32,000 bases of DNA. Source: Candidatus Omnitrophota bacterium. Lineage in GTDB: Bacteria; Omnitrophota; Gorgyraeia; Zapsychrales; JANLHA01. Made by a program: the position numbers and the translations under genes. Position 1 is the first letter of the stretch. The number at the start of each line of letters is the position of its first letter. Shown one piece after another: positions 26,931 through 32,000 of the stretch. The stretch covers positions 120,001 to 152,000 of the forward strand of contig OY759724.1 in NCBI GenBank assembly GCA_963662715.1, in the 5' to 3' direction. The notes under the pieces were generated by a model, which had not been told where the DNA came from, made no database searches, and saw only the letters and a program-made list of their open reading frames with translations.

Positions 26931-28029
26931 TGTTGTCCTCCTCCAGGGCCATCACCTCACCGGTCAGGCTGTTGTATGTCGCAGCCATGGTTCGGTACAC
27001 GGACGATTGAGCCGTTTTGCCGGTGGACCGCACGGTAAAGTTATTATTATCCGATTCCGGATAAACGAGCACGGATTTCGAGGAACCGTCGGCCATAACA
27101 AACTCAATGCTGGCTGTCGTGGCGTCCGCCATGGTCCCGGAGAATTCAAGATGATCAATGCTGTATATTGTCTGGGACGCGTTTAAAGTAAAATCCGGAT
27201 TAAGATTCGCGTCGGCGGAACTTGAAGCGCTCCCGGTCCAGACCGTCTGGGCATCTATCACGATCTCTTCCAATTGATGAGCATTATCCCATGTGACAAT
27301 CATACGGTCTATGGTAATCGTCTGAGAATCCGTGACGTTCTGTATATAAATGTCTGTTAATTTATTTCCATCGATGCAATCCTGCAAATCGTCATCACAT
27401 TCCGTCACACACGTTAAATAATCCGCATAACACTGGTCGCGGCAATTCCCCCAGGCATCATCACAGGCACCGTAAGCATCGTATAAATCAAGCTGACACA
27501 GGATGCGGCACAGCCATCCCTGCCATCCCCCCGGGCAGGCCGCGCGGCAGGCCTCATAAACAGCATAAGCATCATCATAACATTCATCCTGGGCATCATC
27601 GCAGTCCTCGTAACAATCATTCCTGTCATCACGGCATTCCCTGCGGCAAGTTCTGGCCATGGCCCGGCATTCCCGAGGCGTATACTCTCCCCCTAATACC
27701 GTGAAAGAAGTGTTGACCATCAGGAGGTCCGCCTGAGATCCGCCGATCACAAAATAATTATTGCTGTCAATATCGGTCTGCCCCAGGCTGAAGTAGCCGT
27801 TGCCGGAAAGGTCGTTGTTCCGGAAATCGTACAGGGCGCTGTGAATCCCGGCCTGAGCTAAATAAATGGCCTGATTGTTAACCGTTTGGGTTTCCGAAGA
27901 GACCAAACGTTCCACGACAAAAGTTGTCACGCCATAAACCGAAATCGTCGCAAAAGCGATCAGCAGAATAGTCGTTAAAAGGATAACGCCGTTTTTCTTC
28001 CCGAAATGTCTGCCTGAGAAATTTTTCAA
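26914..28029 (-). CDS. PilX/GspK-like minor pilin carrying a 16-Cys acidic insert
   Basis: 371 aa. TTG is the only in-frame start after an upstream TAG. Basic N-terminus plus TM (GVILLTTILLIAFATISVYG). PilX_N-like AQAGIHSAL. No Glu at +5. The Cys-rich segment is aa 121-218, followed by a beta-rich C-terminal domain. Confidence 0.65.
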   Translation of the reverse strand: MKNFSGRHFGKKNGVILLTTILLIAFATISVYGVTTFVVERLVSSETQTVNNQAIYLAQAGIHSALYDFRNNDLSGNGYFSLGQTDIDSNNYFVIGGSQADLLMVNTSFTVLGGEYTPRECRAMARTCRRECRDDRNDCYEDCDDAQDECYDDAYAVYEACRAACPGGWQGWLCRILCQLDLYDAYGACDDAWGNCRDQCYADYLTCVTECDDDLQDCIDGNKLTDIYIQNVTDSQTITIDRMIVTWDNAHQLEEIVIDAQTVWTGSASSSADANLNPDFTLNASQTIYSIDHLEFSGTMADATTASIEFVMADGSSKSVLVYPESDNNNFTVRSTGKTAQSSVYRTMAATYNSLTGEVMALEEDNSEVSP

Positions 28030-28132
28030 TTTATCTGTCTATCATTTTGACGTTAACAGCCAGGGATAAAACAATTTCCGTTATGAGATGAAATGGATAT
28101 AAAGCCTGATTGAGTGGGCAAGAAAAATGTGT

Positions 28133-28522
28133 TTAAGCGCTTAAACCGACAATATCTTGCAATTTCTGAATAAGTTGATCAAAAGTATAAGGTTTGTCCA
28201 AGAAATGGTGGATGCCGCAAGCAAACAATTTCTGCTTCGCCTGATCATCTATCACCCCGGAAGAAACAATGATCGGGATGTCTTTCAAATTCCTGTCATC
28301 TTTAGCTTGCCGGATGACTTCATATCCATTAAGATTACGCATCTGGATATCCAATAAAACAACCGCGACAGCATGGGTCCGCATGAGATCCAAAGCTTCA
28401 TAACCGTCTCTGGCGACTAAAGGTTCTAAAGAAATATTCGGGTCCACGAGAATCCTTCTTAAAACCATTTGAATAATGATTTCCTCGTCATCAACAATAA
28501 GGATATACTTTTTATCTTCCAT
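28133..28522 (-). CDS. Stand-alone CheY-like response-regulator receiver
   Basis: 129 aa from the ATG at 28520-28522. Acidic pocket DDEE, phospho-acceptor LLDIQM, IIVSSG, and conserved Lys in LDKPY. No output domain. The TTG-extended track ORF would read through the hairpin at 28576-28607. Confidence 0.88.
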   Translation of the reverse strand: MEDKKYILIVDDEEIIIQMVLRRILVDPNISLEPLVARDGYEALDLMRTHAVAVVLLDIQMRNLNGYEVIRQAKDDRNLKDIPIIVSSGVIDDQAKQKLFACGIHHFLDKPYTFDQLIQKLQDIVGLSA

Positions 28523-28575
28523 ATTTTTCAACGGCCGGCCCGCCGCCGCAAGCGGTACAGGCGCTAAGGAGAACA

Positions 28576-28607
28576 ATGCCGACTATGAGAAAAATCATAG
28601 TCGGCAT
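28576..28607 (-). terminator. Perfect 13 bp stem / 6 nt loop hairpin downstream of the major pilin gene
   Basis: ATGCCGACTATGA-gaaaaa-TCATAGTCGGCAT, read directly. It begins 30 nt after the pilin stop. On the minus strand it is followed by UGUUCUCCUU, a modest U-tract. It is a likely partial terminator or mRNA-stabilising element. Confidence 0.5.
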
Positions 28608-28636
28608 GACGGACACAACAAACTTTATACAAATGT

Positions 28637-29005
28637 TTACGGCGTTTCAAATGATCCATCGGAAGAATCATAGGCATAAGATCCGGTGTTAGGACCGACG
28701 TAATTCCCCGAAGCATCCACGCTCCAATCATCTGTGACGCCGCCTTGAGCCAGGACACTGCCGAAACAGACATTACCGGTCGTACAGTCCCCTTGTGTGG
28801 CTGAGTCCAACGAGGTAGGCCAATCTTTATACTTTGCAAAATAAGTCTGGATACCGGCACGGACACCGCCGACAATACCTTTTTCCGCCGCATCATTCGC
28901 ATCATCCTGCAAATTAAAATATTGGGGGATGGCCACAGCCGCAAGAATACCCAAAATAACAATCACCATGATTAACTCGATTAACGTAAACCCTCTTCTT
29001 CTCAT
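28637..29005 (-). CDS. Major type IV pilin / pseudopilin
   Basis: 122 aa. Short leader MRRRG / FTLIELIMVIVILGILAAVAIPQY with Glu at +5. C-terminal Cys pair (CTTGNVC) suggests a small disulfide loop. Strong AAGGAGGAG RBS. Confidence 0.9.
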   Translation of the reverse strand: MRRRGFTLIELIMVIVILGILAAVAIPQYFNLQDDANDAAEKGIVGGVRAGIQTYFAKYKDWPTSLDSATQGDCTTGNVCFGSVLAQGGVTDDWSVDASGNYVGPNTGSYAYDSSDGSFETP

Positions 29006-29224
29006 CTTCTCCTCCTTTTAACGGATTTCATTGTAGTATCTTTTTTAAAATCAACTGCCTTTTCTTGAATATTTTCTGGGATGACGTTGTTTTAAAACCT
29101 CACCCCATCCCGGATATTTCCCTGAAAAACAGGAAGCGTAAAACGTTTTAAGAACCCATTTCTTAATATATCGTGTAATTCCTGTCCGTAAAGAGAATTC
29201 TCAAAAATATTCCGTCCCTTCCGA

Positions 29225-30283
29225 TTATTTAAACAGCTTCATTAAACTCCACATAGGCATAAAAATTCCTAACGCCAGGAACAGAACTGTGCTTCCAAGA
29301 AAAACGATCAAAACAGGCTCAATCAAGGACACGAGATTATTAATGGTGTACTCAACCTGCGCATCATAATAATCAGCGACATGAATCAGCAATTCGTCCA
29401 ATTTTCCGGTCTCTTCCCCCACCGAAACCATCTGCGTCACGACAGGAGGAAATAATCCGCTGGCTTTCATCGGATCAAGCATTCCTTTACCGTCATTGAC
29501 GCTGATCCGTATCCGTTCAATAGCCTGGGCGATAACGGCATTATCGGACGTTCCTTTGACAAGATCAAGAATGGTCAAAATAGGCACACCACTTTTTAAA
29601 AGAGTCGATGTGATCCGGCAAAACCGGGATAAACTGATTTTCTGAATCATCGACCCGAAGATAGGCACCCGGAGAAAAATCCGGTCACAGACATATTTGC
29701 CATGCGGAGTCCTCACATAGTGAAAAAAAGCAAAAGAAGCCAAGCCGACGAGAATGATCACCAGCCACCAGTAGTGCACAATGCTGTTGTAAATAAGCAA
29801 CAATAATTGTGTCGGGAGAGGCAAAGCCGTATCAAATTTCGAAAAAATATTCGTAAATTTGGGGACGACAAAGAGCACCAGGGAAACAAATCCAACGATT
29901 AGTGTCACGACAACAATGAGCGGATACCGCATAGCTGATTTAATGTGCATACGGATCTTCTCATCGTGTTCTCCCAGCGTCGCCAGCCGGTCCAGAATCT
30001 GGTCGAGCTTCCCGGAGACTTCCCCGGAACGCACCATGTTGACATAGATCGAGCTGAAAATGCGAGGATAAGAACTTAAGGCCTCCGAAAGGCTTGAGCC
30101 CGATTCAATCCTTTGCGCAACCTGATCTACGACATCTTTCAGAACCTCGTTTCCCGTTTGGTCGCGGATGGCGTGCAAACTCATCAGCATCGGAAGACCC
30201 GCCCTCTGCAAAGTATAGAGCTGGCGGGTGAACATATTGAGGTCGGAAAATTTGACCCTTCGGGTATCTTTTTTAGCAGCCAT
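29225..30283 (-). CDS. pilC: PilC/GspF-family inner-membrane platform protein
   Basis: 352 aa with duplicated T2SS-F domains (FTRQLYTLQRAGLPML... and FCRITSTLLKSGVPIL...) and three TM segments. Confidence 0.92.
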   Translation of the reverse strand: MAAKKDTRRVKFSDLNMFTRQLYTLQRAGLPMLMSLHAIRDQTGNEVLKDVVDQVAQRIESGSSLSEALSSYPRIFSSIYVNMVRSGEVSGKLDQILDRLATLGEHDEKIRMHIKSAMRYPLIVVVTLIVGFVSLVLFVVPKFTNIFSKFDTALPLPTQLLLLIYNSIVHYWWLVIILVGLASFAFFHYVRTPHGKYVCDRIFLRVPIFGSMIQKISLSRFCRITSTLLKSGVPILTILDLVKGTSDNAVIAQAIERIRISVNDGKGMLDPMKASGLFPPVVTQMVSVGEETGKLDELLIHVADYYDAQVEYTINNLVSLIEPVLIVFLGSTVLFLALGIFMPMWSLMKLFK

Positions 30284-30320
30284 AATAAATGTCCCAGAAA
30301 ATAACAGTAAAAGTTCTTTC

Positions 30321-31997
30321 TTAATCTGTCAAAGTGACACGCAGGACCTCTTCCGGGGTTGTCATCCCCATCCGTACGAGCTGTTGACCGGCTTCCCGCA
30401 AATTCTTAAATCCTGTTTTTCTCGCCTCTTTACGGATATCGTCCGCTGAGGCCCGCAATTCAATACACCGGCGCACATCCTCGGAAATAGGCAGGAGCTC
30501 AAAAATTCCTGTGCGGCCTTTCAACCCGGTACCATCACATTCGCGACAGCCTTTCCCGCGATAAATGAATTCCACGTCTTCTATGCCAAAATCCTCCAGC
30601 AGCGATTTATTGGCTTTGATCTTTTCCTTGCATTTATAGCAAATGGTCCGGACCAGCCTTTGGGCCAGGATACCTATCAGCGACGTGGAAAGGAGAAAAG
30701 GCTCAATCCCCATGTCCAGAAGCCGGGACAGGGTCGAAGGGGCATCGTTCGTGTGCAGGGTCGCAAACACCAGATGGCCGGTCAGGGCGGCCTGAATAGC
30801 GATATCAGCGGTTTCCCTGTCCCGGATTTCCCCAACCATAATGATATCCGGGTCCTGCCGCAGAATACTGCGTAAGCCTGTCGCAAACGTTAATCCGGCT
30901 TTGGGATTAATCTGCGTCTGCCTGATAAGCGACAGCTCATATTCCACGGGATCTTCTATCGTCACAATCTTTTTCTCCATCGTGTTGATCTGCGATAAGG
31001 CCGCATAAAGTGTCGAGGTCTTCCCGCTGCCGGTCGGGCCGGTAACCAGCACGATCCCGTAAGGACGGTTGATCATTTTCTGAAACAACTGCAACTCATC
31101 GTCTAGGAAACCGAGCTCTTTCAAGCCCAGCAAAACAGAACTCTTGTCCAGGACGCGGAGGACGAAATTTTCCCCATGAATTGTGGGGAAAGTTGAGGCC
31201 CGCAGGTCCAGATCTTTATTATCGATCTTCAGGCGAATCCTTCCGTCCTGGGGCTTCCGGCTTTCGGCAATATCCATTTTGGACATGATTTTAATCCGTG
31301 AAATAACCCCGCTTTGTATTTTTTTCGGCAACATCTTCAATTCCTGCAAAATCCCATCGACACGCAGCCGGACCCTCACTCCGTCCTCCTCAGGCTCAAT
31401 ATGAATATCCGAAGCGTGATCTTTAACGGCCTGGGCAATAATAATATTCACCAATTTGACCAGCGGAGCCCCGGATCCGACATCAGATTTCCCTCCTACG
31501 ATATCTTCGTTATCGATGGACTTAACAATATCATCAATGGAACTGCCGATGCCGAAACAGGCATCCAACAAACGTTTCACCCCGCGCTCAGAGACCAGGA
31601 CCGGGTCTACGGTGTCAATCTTGCATATTCTTCTTAACTGGTCAAGCGCCACAATGTCCTGAGGGTCAACCATCCCGACGGTAATACTCTTCCCGATTTT
31701 GAAAAGGGGGACGAGATTGAACTTCTTGCAAACTTCCTTAGGGACCATCGCGATGATTTCCGGATCGACAATATAATCGCTTAAATCCATGTAGGGAATG
31801 CCCAGGGCATTCGCACGGACCTTGACAATATCTTCTTCCGTCACAAGCTCGAGCTTGATCAAAGCCTTCTCGATGTTCAATCCGCTCATCTGAGCCTCCC
31901 GCCGGGCGTACTCAAGCATTTTCTCGGTGATGATCCCTTCTTTCAGCAGAAGATGAACGATCTCTCTATAGCGGCGTAAATTAGCCTTAGGGCTCAC
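30321..31997 (-). CDS. pilB: PilB/GspE-family secretion ATPase
   Basis: N-terminal GspE-N/MshEN-like domain. Walker A GPTGSGKTS, Asp box, Walker B IIMVGEIRD, His box, and tetracysteine CYKC...CRECDGTG. The listed start is a GTG at 31995-31997 and the frame stays open to the window edge, so the true N-terminus may lie outside. Confidence 0.92.
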   Translation of the reverse strand: MSPKANLRRYREIVHLLLKEGIITEKMLEYARREAQMSGLNIEKALIKLELVTEEDIVKVRANALGIPYMDLSDYIVDPEIIAMVPKEVCKKFNLVPLFKIGKSITVGMVDPQDIVALDQLRRICKIDTVDPVLVSERGVKRLLDACFGIGSSIDDIVKSIDNEDIVGGKSDVGSGAPLVKLVNIIIAQAVKDHASDIHIEPEEDGVRVRLRVDGILQELKMLPKKIQSGVISRIKIMSKMDIAESRKPQDGRIRLKIDNKDLDLRASTFPTIHGENFVLRVLDKSSVLLGLKELGFLDDELQLFQKMINRPYGIVLVTGPTGSGKTSTLYAALSQINTMEKKIVTIEDPVEYELSLIRQTQINPKAGLTFATGLRSILRQDPDIIMVGEIRDRETADIAIQAALTGHLVFATLHTNDAPSTLSRLLDMGIEPFLLSTSLIGILAQRLVRTICYKCKEKIKANKSLLEDFGIEDVEFIYRGKGCRECDGTGLKGRTGIFELLPISEDVRRCIELRASADDIRKEARKTGFKNLREAGQQLVRMGMTTPEEVLRVTLTD

Positions 31998-32000
31998 AAT

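Noticed and set aside
27414-27632. Met-rich 72 aa ORF (MMTGMIVTRTAMMPRMNVMMM...) on the minus strand
   Set aside because: It is an alternative frame of the Cys/Asp-rich codon run (TGY/GAY repeats read out of frame give ATG-rich strings). It is nested wholly inside the minor pilin gene and has no independent signals.
28523-28576. TTG-initiated 18-codon extension of the receiver ORF
   Set aside because: The extension would be translated through the 13 bp hairpin. It adds an Ala/Pro-rich peptide foreign to receiver domains. The ATG at 28522 gives the standard MxxKKILIVDD-type N-terminus.
29006-29224. Possible sigma54 (GG-N10-GC) or sigma70 promoter upstream of the major pilin gene
   Set aside because: GGCAGTTGATTTTA does not place a GC at the -12 position. 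TTGATT and TACAAT are only 13 nt apart, too close for a standard sigma70 promoter. No call made.
1-32000. CRISPR arrays, tandem repeats, tRNA/rRNA genes, IS elements, integrases, toxin-antitoxin or known defence genes
   Set aside because: I scanned the intergenic regions and ORF translations by eye. I found no repeat-spacer periodicity, no tRNA T-loop/acceptor patterns, no transposase or integrase motifs, and no nuclease/helicase/methylase-type proteins. A covariance-model or repeat-finder run would be needed for certainty.

Overview
All convincing genes in this 32 kb window are on the minus strand, and many have short overlaps or ATGA-type start/stop junctions. The content fits an anaerobic diderm bacterium of moderate GC (judged by eye). 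In transcription order, from high to low coordinates, I see five modules.

(1) 31997-23033: a type IV pilus / type II secretion-like operon. It encodes PilB/GspE ATPase, PilC/GspF platform, a major pilin, an embedded CheY-like receiver, three minor (pseudo)pilins, a PilM-PilN fusion, PilO-like and PilP-like proteins. No secretin or prepilin peptidase is in the window.

(2) 22983-17797: an ArsR-controlled envelope export operon. It encodes an ArsR-family repressor, an MMPL/RND-type exporter, a LolA-like periplasmic protein, an outer-membrane beta-barrel and a DUF2892-like mini membrane protein.

(3) 17352-14471: nrdD-nrdG (class III ribonucleotide reductase), with a near-consensus promoter and tandem NrdR boxes.

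(4) 14385-1531: a [NiFe]-hydrogenase supercluster. It contains group 3b-type hydB-hydG-hydD-hydA, a maturation endopeptidase and a shortened HypA. A 310 nt unassigned spacer follows, then fur-feoA-feoB-hypF-hypC-hypD-hypE. No hypB is present.

(5) 1503-44: an ArsB/NhaD-superfamily permease.

No rRNA, tRNA, CRISPR array, transposase or integrase was recognised.

The most unusual observation is a 98-residue insert in the PilX/GspK-like minor pilin. It carries 16 cysteines whose spacing is perfectly mirror-symmetric around a Pro/Gly turn. Other notable points:
- a HypA lacking its zinc-finger domain;
- distinct perfect palindromes overlapping the hydB, fur and arsR promoters;
- a perfect 13 bp hairpin just after the major pilin gene.

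All functional calls rest on motif and family recognition by eye. No database search was possible.
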